64,000 nucleotides of DNA from Octopus sinensis. Lineage: Eukaryota. Under the pieces are notes generated by a model. The model did not search any database. It worked only from the letters and a program-made list of their open reading frames with translations, and was not told the origin of the DNA. This document shows, one piece after another, positions 41,595-52,665 of this stretch. The translations under genes were made by a program, and so were the position numbers. The stretch is from contig NW_021830458.1 in the NCBI RefSeq assembly GCF_006345805.1, forward strand, positions 1 to 64,000. Reading direction: 5' to 3'. How positions within the stretch are numbered: the stretch's first letter is position 1; every line of letters starts with the position of its first letter.

Positions 41595-41875
41595 TACCAT
41601 CGTAGACGTTAGCTGCTCTGCAGGTATAAATATATCTTTGAAAATCAAAGAAAAAGAGAATATCTATGGACAATGCTTCTATATCCATGCTATGAATTCA
41701 TATTCATACCAATAATAATAGAACTAGGTTTTGTTAGTAAATGCTTAATGGAGAATCTGGATAAACTGGAATTTTCAGAAAGAGAAATTGACCGGCTGAT
41801 TCGTACATTGCAAATGCAATCTGTGAGTGGAATAGTAAAAATATGCAAGACTTTTCTAAGTTCTAAATGTGAATT
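41595..41875 (+). mobile_element. C-terminal relic of an RLE-type (R4/Dong-like) non-LTR retrotransposon
   Basis: VDVSCSAGINISLKIKEKENIYG..LYPCYEFIFIPIII(-)LGFVSKCL..LQMQSVSGIVKICKTFL resembles the end of RLE-clade ORFs. Confidence 0.65.
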
Positions 41876-42029
41876 TGCCAGTGTTAACTACATCCCAAAG
41901 ATGGAGCCTTGTATCTTTGTTCGAAACCGGCTCCCTCCTCAGTGGAAGATTTATAATAATTAAAAAATAGAAGAGACATACAATGATGCATAGAGGTATA
42001 TATAAAACCAATAGAGACAGCCCTTGAAA

Positions 42030-43654
42030 CTCCAAAATACAACCAAAGACGATGATTATGTCACATTTCTGTGGAAGACGTCATATATGTGGTTACCAGC
42101 TGCCCCAAAATGTCCAGGTACTACTTCCCCATTCAGACCGAAGTAGTTGCTACGCCTTTGAAAAAAAAAAAAAGACTATCTTGGAATAAATATAGTGATC
42201 CCTCCTGTTATTGAATACACACATAATAATCAACTCAATGAATATTAGTGGAACGTTCCCATCAAAGCATTTGTCAAGTGTAAGACTGGATATTGTTGTT
42301 TAAGACAGACAAGAAAATGAATGTGATACCACAGAGGTCAGAGGTCAGTTGTCCTGCTGATGTGGATATCTCATCGAAAGTCAAAGATAATAGGCAACTG
42401 TTCCGAAATATTTAGATTCTATAAACAGGTTATATATTTTTTCTTTTACTTGTTTCAGTCATTTGACTGAGGCCATGCTGGAGCACAACCTTTAGTCGAA
42501 TCAAATCGACCCCCAGGACTTATTCTTTGTAAGCCTAGTACTTATTCTATCGACCCTTTTGCCGAACAGCTAAGTTACGGGGGTCCTAAACACACTAGCA
42601 TCGGTTGTCAAGCGATGTTGAGGGGACAAACACAGATACACAACACACACACACACATACATACACACACACTCACACACACACAGGACGGGCTTCTTTC
42701 AGTTTCCGTCAACCAAATCCACTCACAAGGCTTTGGTCAGCCCGAGGCTATAGTAGAAGACACTTGCTCAAGGTGCCACGCAGTGGGGCAGAACCCGGAA
42801 CCACGTGGTTGGTAAGCAAGCTACTTATCACAGGCCACTCCTGCGCCTATAAGTTCAAATATATATCAGTAACAATTAGTGCAGTTGGTTTGTGGATGAC
42901 TTGAAACTATATGCAAAGAATATGCATGAAATCAAAAATCAGCCTTCGCCTGGGTACAGCATTCTCAAAGATTTAGGATTGGAGTTTGGTCACGATAAAT
43001 GTTGCTATATGTTTGTGAAATGAGGGGAAACTGTAAAACAGACTAACAACATCTTACGAGGGTACGTGTGAGACACGTATCACTAAAGAATATTACAGCC
43101 AAATAAAGAAAATATGGACCTCGGAACTCTCTGCTCTGCATTTAATAAAACTGTGGCTCACAATGTGTTTGCAGTGCCAGTACTCATACCGACATTTATG
43201 CTGCTTGATTGGACGCTTGATGACATCGAGTCATTCACGTGAAAACCCGGAAGGTACCAAGAAGCATTCAATTTCCATCTCAACAGTAATGTTGGCCGCT
43301 TCTACCTAAAACGAAAACAAGGCAGCAAAGGCGTAACGTCGATCAAAACTGCCTTTGAGTATCGTGTCATATCCCTTCCACACCATCTCTTAACCACCAA
43401 GAGTCGAAGTGCATCTTTCGACCAAGTTTGCATACACGAGGCTGATAACATCATAAGACTCGAAAAGCAGCTCCTTGAGCAGCATTCTTTGGTTGATAAC
43501 TTTAAATACATGCCCAAAGAAGCCGCACGACTCCGCTGCAACATATCTTTAGCTAAAAAAGATGAGCATATATGAGCAGAAGACTATGCAGGGATATGCT
43601 AATAGAAAACTCTGACATGATAGTAACATTGATCGTCAAAGCAATGTATCATGG

Positions 43655-43655
<1 letters not shown>
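42030..43655 (+). mobile_element. R4/Dong-like retrotransposon relic (degenerate zinc-knuckle/RLE piece, then RT FVDD and thumb piece), interrupted by a group A SINE at about 42440-42849
   Basis: EDVIYVVTSCPKMS and EVSCPADVDISSKVK relics; FVDDLKLYAKN at 42889; IWTSELS, AVPVLIPTF, YLKRKQG(G)KGV(T)SI relics with frameshifts. Confidence 0.7.
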
Positions 43656-43752
<97 letters not shown>

Positions 43753-44134
43753 AGAGAGAGAGAGATGGGGTTAAGTTTCGTAGATTAGAAATTAAAGAAA
43801 TTATAAAATACAAAAAGAAATGAAAGAGAGACGGATAGAAAAAAGATTTGCGAAGAAGAATCTATAAAAATAGAAAGCAGCGCGTTCGCTTCCTCTTCTA
43901 TCATCTGTCACAGCAGCGAGAAAGCGGTGGTGGTGGTAGTGGTGGGGGCTCCGGTATGTCAAAACATTAAACTAGCTACAGTAAACAATGAAAAACATTA
44001 AAAGATTCTCAAGCAAATTAAATATTTAAAAGTTATGAGCAAACCAACAGGAGTTACTAGAAATAACACTCAAAACATTGCTTAAAACAGACATTTATTA
44101 GTTTTAAAAATTCAAGAACGAAAGTTTGCAATAC

Positions 44135-44520
44135 ACTCTTTACTCTTTTTTACTCTTTTACTTGTTTCAGACATTTGACTGCGGTCATGCTGGAGCAGCG
44201 CCTTTTAGTCGAGCAAATCGACCCCGGGACTTAATCTTTGTAAGCCCAGTACTTATTCTATCAGTCTCTTTTGCCGAACCGCTAAGTGACGGGGACATAA
44301 ACACACCAGCATCGGTTGTCAAGCAATGCTAGGGGGACAAACACAGACACACAAACACACACACACATATATATATATATATACGACAGGCTTCTTTCAG
44401 TTTCCGTCTACCAAATCCACTCACAAGGCCTTGGTCGGCCCGGGGCTATAGCAGAAGACACTTGCCCAAGATGCCACGCAGTGGGACTGAACCCGGAACC
44501 ATGTGGTTGGTTAGCAAGCT
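44135..44520 (-). mobile_element. SINE group A
   Basis: Family head and tail. Confidence 0.85.
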
Positions 44521-44634
44521 CTAGGATTTTATAAAATAAATGATCTTTTTCATATCTCCTTCTCAACATAAATTCACCAAGATAAGACTCAACCGTAGAA
44601 CGGTGTGTCTCACACCGGCGTTTGTTTCCGCATT

Positions 44635-44853
44635 TTAAAGATGCCTATGTCTCTCAATTTGTTGAGTGTGAGTCCCATCTTTTGAGTTCATAAATTCAAT
44701 GTTACGGTTCACAGTTTTATGTTCGAAATCATAGCCCACGATTTCTGGGATATGATTATAAGCTCGCCACAGGTCACTGAAGATAATGGCTCCTGGAAGA
44801 ACCGAGTGTCGTATGCAGTCCTCGTTTACACTTCTTGTGCGCATGCGCAGCAT
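44635..44853 (-). mobile_element. Merlin (IS1595/ISXO2-like) transposase fragment
   Basis: IRHSVLPGAIIFSDLWRAYNHI..EHKTVNRNIEFMNSKDGTHTQQIE matches the ISXO2-type DDE core pattern. Confidence 0.8.
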
Positions 44854-45183
44854 TTTTGGTTACTATGAAAACAGAGTTCTTCGCAGTCAGCTAGGAAACA
44901 CGTGGTGCTTCTTTGCTTACAATGCTGACAGAAGTTCATGGTGATGTGTAAAATACTCGATTCTGGTTGGTTAAAATACCAAAATTTTGAAAACTTTAAA
45001 GGCTAGTAACTTTTTAATTATAAATTTATTGGAAAAATTAATTTAATTTTCATAATTTCCTTTTCAAAATGTACCTACTGTACCATTCTAAATCCTTTGA
45101 GAATGTTGTAACCAGGTGAAGGCTGTTTTTGATATAATGCATATTCTTTGCATATAGTTTTAATTCATCCACAGTGTACCTAC

Positions 45184-45621
45184 TGTACATTTTGGCTATC
45201 TAACCCCCATTAACCCCCATTAAAAAATTGGGTTATCTTCCCCAACTAAAAAGATTGTTTAATCCTCAATAAAACAAAAACAATATGAAAAATTAATAAA
45301 CATAAAAAGTGAAAAGATTAAACATCTTATTGAATCTGATAATATTTTTATATCGAATTATTCAAAACTGAAAAAAATTAATAAATATGAAAACTGAAAA
45401 AAATTAAATATCTTATTGAATCTAATAACATTTTTATAACAAATCATACCGTGCCAATTGAGAAGGCCAAAAGTCAACAATGTGTTGAAGCATTGAATCA
45501 AAAGGATCTAACCCTTTTAATGCAATCTCTTGTCGCCACATAAACTCAATTTTTTAGTGGGGAGATAACCCAATTTGTTAATGGTAATTTTTTAATGGAG
45601 ATGAGATAACCAAAATGTGCC
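45184..45621. mobile_element. AT-rich MITE-like element with ~70-bp diverged TIRs
   Basis: 45185-45257 aligns with the reverse complement of 45547-45620; right end reads GGCACATTTT inward. Confidence 0.55.
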
Positions 45622-45904
45622 AATTATTATACAAAACTTAATCCATATACCGAATTTGAAAACAATTAGGACAAAATTGTAAACAGTGACGATAACCTAT
45701 TTCTTTATTACCCACAAGGGGCTAAACATAGAGGGGACAAACAAGGACAGGCATAGGTATTATGTCGATTACATCGATCCCAGTGCGTAACTGGTACTTA
45801 ATTTATCGACCCCGAAAGGATGAAAGGTAAAGTCGACCTCGGCGGAATTTGAACTCACAACGTAACGGCAGACGAAGTACCGCAAAGCATTTCGCCCGGT
45901 AGTG

Positions 45905-46480
45905 ACGATAACCACAAAAATCCCAACCGAATAATGAAAATATTGACCTCGGAACGCTCTGCTCTGCATTCAATAAAACTGTGGCTCATAATGTGCTTGC
46001 AGTGCCAGTATTCATACCAACATTTGGGCTGCTTGGCTGGATGCTTGATGAGATCTGAGCCATTCATGTGAAAACCGGGAAGATACTAACAAGCACACAA
46101 TTTCCACCCAAACAATGACGTAGACCGCCTCTGCCTAAAACTAAAACAAGCGGCAGATACTTGACATCGATCTAAAATGCCCTTGAATGTCGTATCATAT
46201 CCCTTCGAGAACATCTTTTAACTACCAAGTGCATCCTTTGACCAAGTTTGCATACATGACGCTGATAACATCATAAGACTTGGAAAGCAGTTCCTTGGAC
46301 TGCATTCCTTGTCTAATAACCTTAAATACATGCCCAAAGAAGTCACATGACTCCACCACAAAGTATCATCAGATGAAAAGATGAGGGTATATGAGCAGAA
46401 GACTATGCATCGATATGTTAGTAGAAAGCTCTGAGATGATAGTAACATCGATCGTCAAAGCAGTTTATCATGGACCAAAA
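45905..46480 (+). mobile_element. Second copy of the R4-like RT-thumb relic
   Basis: Paralogous to about 43100-43655 and ends at the same point (..TCATGGACC). Confidence 0.75.
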
Positions 46481-46614
46481 GAGAGGTGAAGATAAGTTTG
46501 GCAGATTGACCCGAAAAAAGTTAAAAAAAAAGAAAAAGAAACGAAAAGGAGACGGATAGAATAAAAATCGCAAAAAAGAAAAAAATATATAAATATAATA
46601 GTGGAAAAAGAAAA

Positions 46615-46686
46615 AGGGGACACCCGGGTTCGAACCGGGGACCTCTCGATCTGCAGTCGAATGCTCTACCACTGAGCTATATCCCC
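46615..46686 (-). tRNA. trnC-GCA: tRNA-Cys (GCA), copy 3 (identical to copy 1)
   Basis: Exact reverse complement of copy 1; T-run terminator. Confidence 0.97.
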
Positions 46687-46851
46687 AACTACTAGGATGT
46701 GTCTGTTTTGGCAAATTTAAAGAGAACGGACGTCCTCACTTGCGCCTATTAATGTTTATCGTTCCTATGATGCAATGTTGTTTTAATGAGGTCAGCTGTT
46801 GTATTTGTTTACGGCTTTCCCACTGACGAAATCTGGAGCATACATACATAC

Positions 46852-47169
46852 GGTACTACTCGAGAACAGTGGTCCTGGTGCGCGCACTCGCGTACTCGCG
46901 CATCCGCGTTAGCTAGTCACGACTAGTCGATCCTTACTTTGTGTTTTTGTGTGTTATTTGCTTTGTTTAAAAAATTATTTACTTCGTATTTTTGTGTTTT
47001 ATTTACTTTATTTAACAAAAATAATTTACTTTGTGTAAAAAAATTAGTTATTTTGTGTTTTATTTACTTTGCTAGGTAGTCGTTGTAGGATCGACTCGTC
47101 ACGACTAGCTAGCGCGGATGCGCGACTACGCGAGTGCGCGCACCGGGACCCCTGTTCTCAAGTAGTACC
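46852..47169. mobile_element. 318-bp MITE with 83-bp GC-rich TIRs, inserted in (TACA)n
   Basis: 46852-46934 vs 47087-47169 inverted with 8 mismatches; termini GGTAC..GTACC; CATACATAC on both sides. Confidence 0.85.
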
Positions 47170-47955
47170 CATACATACATACATACATACATACATACAT
47201 ACATACATACGTACATACATACATACATACATACATACATACGTACGTACATACATACATACGTACATACATACATACATACATTCATACATACGTACAT
47301 ACATACATACATACATACGTACATACACATATACATACATACATACATACATACGTACATACACATATATATACATACATACATACATACATACATACAT
47401 ACGTACATACGTACATACGTACATACATACATACATACATACATACGTACATACATACATACATACATACATACATACATACATACATACATACGTACAT
47501 ACATACATACATACATACATACATACATACATACATACATACATACATACGTACATACACATATATATACATACATACATACATACATACATACATACAT
47601 ACATACATACGTACATACGTACATACATACATACATACATACATACATACATACGTACGTACATACATACATACATACATACATACATACATACATACAT
47701 ACATACATACATACGTACGTACATACATACGTACGTACATACATACGTACATACATACATACATACATACATACATACGTACATACACATATATACATAC
47801 ATACATACATACATACATACATACATACATACATACATACATACATACATACATACATACATACGTACGTACATACATACGTACGTACATACATACGTAC
47901 ATACATACATACATACATACGTACGTACACACACACATACATACATACATACAAA
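47170..47955. repeat. Long (TACA)n/(TACG) microsatellite (~790 bp)
   Basis: Visible tandem repeats. Confidence 0.95.
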
Positions 47956-48344
47956 TATACATGTCTGCAACATAATACTTTAAACAAAATGCTTCGAAAA
48001 ACAAGCGTTTCGGATTTCGGGAAGTGTCGAAATCGTGAGAGCACATGAATAAATAACATGGAATATATATTCCGAGTCTCTGCGCTCAGAGTTCAAATCC
48101 CACCGAAGCCAACTTTGTAATGCATCCTATGGTGTTGAGAAATAACTCTCCAGGCGCAGGCATAATTGCGTGCTAAGAAGCTTGCTTCCCAACCACATTG
48201 TTCCGAGTTCAGTCCCTCTGCGTGTCACCCTGGGCAAGTCTTTTACTATATAGCCTCGGGCTGACCAAATCCTTGTGAGTGGAATTGCTAGACGGATACT
48301 GACAGAAACCCGTCGTATCTATCTATCTTTCTATCTATCTATCT

Positions 48345-48538
48345 ATCTCTTTTTTTCTTTCTTTTTTCTTTTTTTTCCGTTTTTTTCTTTCTTTCTTTTT
48401 TTTTGTTCTTTTTTCCCTTTTACGATCCCTTTTGATCGAAAACCTACGCCACCTTTGTTTTTCTTCTCCTCCAAAAGAAAAGCTCTACCTTGTAACTTGT
48501 CCCATCTGTGTGCAGCCCTGTGTGGCCAATAAAGAAAC
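48345..48538 (+). mobile_element. Short diverged 3'-UTR stub of the Tx1-like element
   Basis: Matches the last ~150 bp of the two long copies (AAAAGAAAAGCTCTACCTTGTAA..CCCTGTGTGGCCAATAAAGAAAC); preceded by (TATC)-type repeats inside a group A SINE. Confidence 0.75.
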
Positions 48539-48542
48539 TTAC

Positions 48543-50295
48543 GTCGCGTTGCTCTCAAGCAACTCTGCCGTCCTGGGTCGACCTTAAGTGACTTCAACAC
48601 AACCAAAGCATTCTATAGGGGTTTAGTGGAGGGGAGGTACGACGACGAGCTCGGGGCGAACCTGGAGAAGCAAGCCCATGCCGTCCACCAGCGCCTCCGT
48701 CGTGGGACGCTGGACCGACGGCCCGGTTGAGTTGCTCGGGGTCTGGTTTGGTCCGGACCTCCAAGTGGAGAAGAACTGGAACGAGATAACGAGTAGGGTG
48801 GTCACTCTCGCCCGCCATGGGCCGAGAGGAACTGTCCTAAAAGGTCGAGCGGAGGTGGCGAACACTACATCGCGTCCGTCATCTACTACCGCCTGACCGT
48901 CGTACCTTGTCCCGACCCTACCATCACCAAACTACAACGCATCCTCTTTCGCTTCTTGTGGAAAGGATGCGTCCCGATGGTCAGGCGATCCATTTGCTGT
49001 CAACACCCGTTAAAAGGAGGGCTGGGCATGCCGTGGTTGATGATGCGCAGACACGCGCTGAGACTGCGACATCTCTGGCTCTATGTAGACGACGGTGAAC
49101 AGGTGTGGTCGCCGTTTGTGAGGCACGCTTTCCCGCAGCTCGTCTCCATGACCGAACTGCAGTGTGGATAAAAGAGGCCGAGGAAGGGGAATGGCTACCG
49201 CGAGTGTCGCGTTGCTCTCAAGCAACTCTGCCGTCCTGGGTCGACCTTAAGTGACTTCAACACAACCAAAGCATTCTATAGGGGTTTAGTGGAGGGGAGG
49301 TACGACGACGAGCTCGGGGCGAACCTGGACGTCGACGAGGAGTACCTGACCCGCCTGTTCGGGACGACTTTCGGGCCAGGCCCATGGACAACTTCCAGAG
49401 ATCCCTGGCCTGGCAGTGCTACCGAGAAGCGCTACCCGTCGGGATAAGCTCTACAGACACGGCTCGAGAAACACGGGGCCGACCTGCCCGAGATGCGGTC
49501 AGAGCGACGAAACCGTTCTGCACGCACTCGTTCAGTGTCCAACAATTTCCGACCTGTGGGCTTATGTCGAACAACTGCTGTCACGTGTGGGACGAGTCGG
49601 TTTATCAGCTGAGTATCGTCAATATTGTCACGCCTCCTTCCTTCAAACGGGAAGGAAGAGCTATTTTCATCATCCTTGTGGCTATGGCGAAAGAATGTAT
49701 CTGGTGGACGCGTCTGAAAGGATTGGAGACAAACACTTTCCTCTCTGGTCAATCTCTCATCAACTTCTTCAAGTACCACTTGAAAAGGAAAGTGAGAGTA
49801 GAGAGGCAAGTTTTGTCTAGCGAATGTTTTAAAAAAAGATGGGTGAATGTAGCAAGAATGGCACGTATGAATGACGAAGCCACCTTGAGCATAGTCCTAT
49901 GAACCCAGAAATCGAAAACAGAGAGTTGCTTATTTGCAAAAAAAAAAAAAAAAAAAAAAAGAAATATAAAATGTGACTTCATTGACCGAGGTTACCGTGG
50001 TCTTTTCGTAGGCTTTTCTTTCCACGGGTAAACCTCACCTGTCCTCCCCTTTACACTTCATATTGACATTTCTGTGATAACGATCCCTATTGATCAATTT
50101 TTTTTTCCTCTCCACCTTTTTTTTTTTTTTTTAACCCCCCCTTTTTTTTGTCCTCTTTCTCTCCTTTTACGATCCCTTTTGATCGAACCTCCCCCCTTCC
50201 TTTTTTTTTTTTTTTTTTTTTAAACCTTCAAAAGAAAAGCTCTACCTTGTAATTTGTTCTATCTGTGTGCAGCCCTGTGTGGCTAATAAAGAAAC
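48543..50295 (+). mobile_element. 5'-truncated Tx1/L1-group non-LTR retrotransposon, copy A
   Basis: LLGVWFG, FRFLWKG, KGGLGMP motifs; CCHC finger CPRCGQSDETVLHALVQC at 49485-49538; stop at 49902; pyrimidine-rich 3'UTR ending AATAAAGAAAC. Confidence 0.9.
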
Positions 50296-50296
50296 A

Positions 50297-50336
<40 letters not shown>

Positions 50337-50337
50337 A

Positions 50338-50368
<31 letters not shown>

Positions 50369-50413
50369 TCTATCTATCTATCTATCTATCTATCATCCAT
50401 CCATCCATCCATC

Positions 50414-50444
<31 letters not shown>

Positions 50445-50523
50445 ATCTATCTATATCTATCTATCTATCTGTCTACTATCTATCTATCCATCCATCCATC
50501 CATCCATCTACTATCTATCTATC

Positions 50524-50571
<48 letters not shown>

Positions 50572-50670
50572 GTCTATCTATCTATCCATCCATCCATCCA
50601 TCATCCATCCATCTATTATCTACCTATCTATCTATCTATCTATCATCTATCTATCTATCTATCTATCTAT
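50296..50670. repeat. (TATC)n/(TCCA)n tract between the two retrotransposon copies
   Basis: Visible tandem repeats. Confidence 0.95.
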
Positions 50671-52431
50671 CTTAGGCGGAAGCTGGCGACTCTAAGGGGC
50701 ATCCCGCGAGAATTGGGATGCGGGACGAGCGTGTCTGCATACGCGGACGACGTCACCGTCATAGTGTCTAGCCACGAGCACATCGAGCTGGTCGGCGAGA
50801 CACTGAAAAACTACGAAGCGGTGACAGGAGCGAAAATCAACCGGGAAAAGTCAGTGGGCTTGCGACTAGGCACTGGAGAAGCAAGCCCATGCCGTCCACC
50901 AGCGCCTCCGTCGGGACGCTGGACCGACGGCCCGGTTGAGTTGCTCGGGGTCTGGTTTGGTCCGGACCTCCAAGTGGAGAAGAACTGGAACGAGATAACG
51001 AGTAGGGTGGTCACTCTCGCCCGGCAATGGGCCGAGAGGAAACTGTCCCTAAAAGGTCGAGCGAGGGGTGGCGAACACGTACATCGCGTCCGTCATCTAC
51101 TACCGCCTGACCGTCGTACCTTGTCCCGACCCTACCATCACCAAACTACAACGCATCCTCTTTCGCTTCTTGTGGAAAGGATGCGTCCCGCCGATGGTCA
51201 GGCGATCCATTTGCTGTCAACACCCGTTTAAAAGGAGGGCTGGGCATGCCGTGGTTGATGATGCGCAGACACGCGCTGAGACTGCGACATCTCTGGCTCT
51301 ATGTAGACGACGGTGAACAGGTGTGGTCGCCGTTTGTGAGGCACGCTTTCCCGCAGCTCGTCTCCATGACCGAACTGCAGTCGTGGATTAAAAAGAGGCC
51401 GAAGGAAGGGCGAATGGCACCGCGAGTGTCGCGTTGCTCTCAAGCAACTCTGCCGTCCTGGGTCGACCTTAAGTGACTTCAACACAACCAAAGCATTCTA
51501 TAGGGGTTTAGTGGAGGGGAGGTACGACGACGAGCGAGCTCGGGGCGAACCTGGACGTCGACGAGGAGTACCTGACCCGCCTGTTCGGACGACTTTCGGG
51601 CCAGGGCCCATGGACAACTTCCAGAGATCCCTGGCCTGGCAGTGCTACCGAGAAGCGCTACCCGTTCGGGATAAGCTCTACAGACACGGCTCGAGAAACA
51701 CGGGGCCGACCTGCCCGAGATGCGGTCAGAGCGACGAAACCGTTCTGCACGCACTCGTTCAGTGTCCAACAATTTCCGACCTGGGGCTTATGTCGAACAA
51801 CTGCTGTCACGTGTGGGACGAGTCGGTTTATCAGCTGAGTCTATCGTCAATATTGTCACGCCTCCTTCCTTCAAACGGGAAGGAAGAGATTTTCATCATC
51901 CTTGTGGCTATGGCGAAAGAATGTATCTGGTGGACGCGTCTGAAAGGATTGGAGACAAACACTTTCCTCTCTGGTCAATCTCTCATCAACTTCTTCAAGT
52001 ACCACTTGAAAAGGAAAGTGAGAGTAGAGAGGCAAGTTTTGTTTTGTCTAGCGAATGTTTTAAAAAAAGATGGGTGAATGTAGCAAGAATGGCACGTATG
52101 AATGACGAAGCCACCTTGAGCATAGTCCTATGAACCCAGAAATCGAAAACAGAGAGTTGCTTATCTGCAAAAAAAAAAAAAAAAAAAAAGAAATATAAAA
52201 TGTGACTTCATTGACCGAGGTTACCGTGGTCTTTTCCGCAGGCTTTTCTTTCCACGGGTAAACCTCACCTGTCCTCCCCTTTACACTTCATATTGACATT
52301 TCTGTGATAACGATCCCTATTGATCATTTTTTTTTCCTCCCCCCCCCTTTTTTTTTTTTTTTTTTTTTAACCCCCCTTATTTTTGTCCTCTTTCTCTCCT
52401 TTTACGATCCCTTTGAGCGAACCTCCCCCTT

Positions 52432-52469
<38 letters not shown>

Positions 52470-52540
52470 CCTTCAAAAGAAAAGCTCTACCTTGTAATTG
52501 GTTCTATCTGTGTGCAGCCCTGTGTGGCTAATAAAGAAAC
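50671..52540 (+). mobile_element. 5'-truncated Tx1/L1-group non-LTR retrotransposon, copy B
   Basis: RT catalytic YADD at 50740-50751 (SAYADDVTVIV), GAKINREKS, CCHC finger at 51712, stop at 52133, same 3' end joined to (TATC)n. Confidence 0.92.
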
Positions 52541-52541
52541 A

Positions 52542-52573
<32 letters not shown>

Positions 52574-52590
52574 CATCCATCCATCCATCC

Positions 52591-52665
<75 letters not shown>

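Noticed and set aside
47069-48059. ORFs of 250-316 aa (HTYI/MYVC repeats) and similar ORFs throughout the window
   Set aside because: Translations of (TACA)n and other microsatellites, open in several frames on both strands
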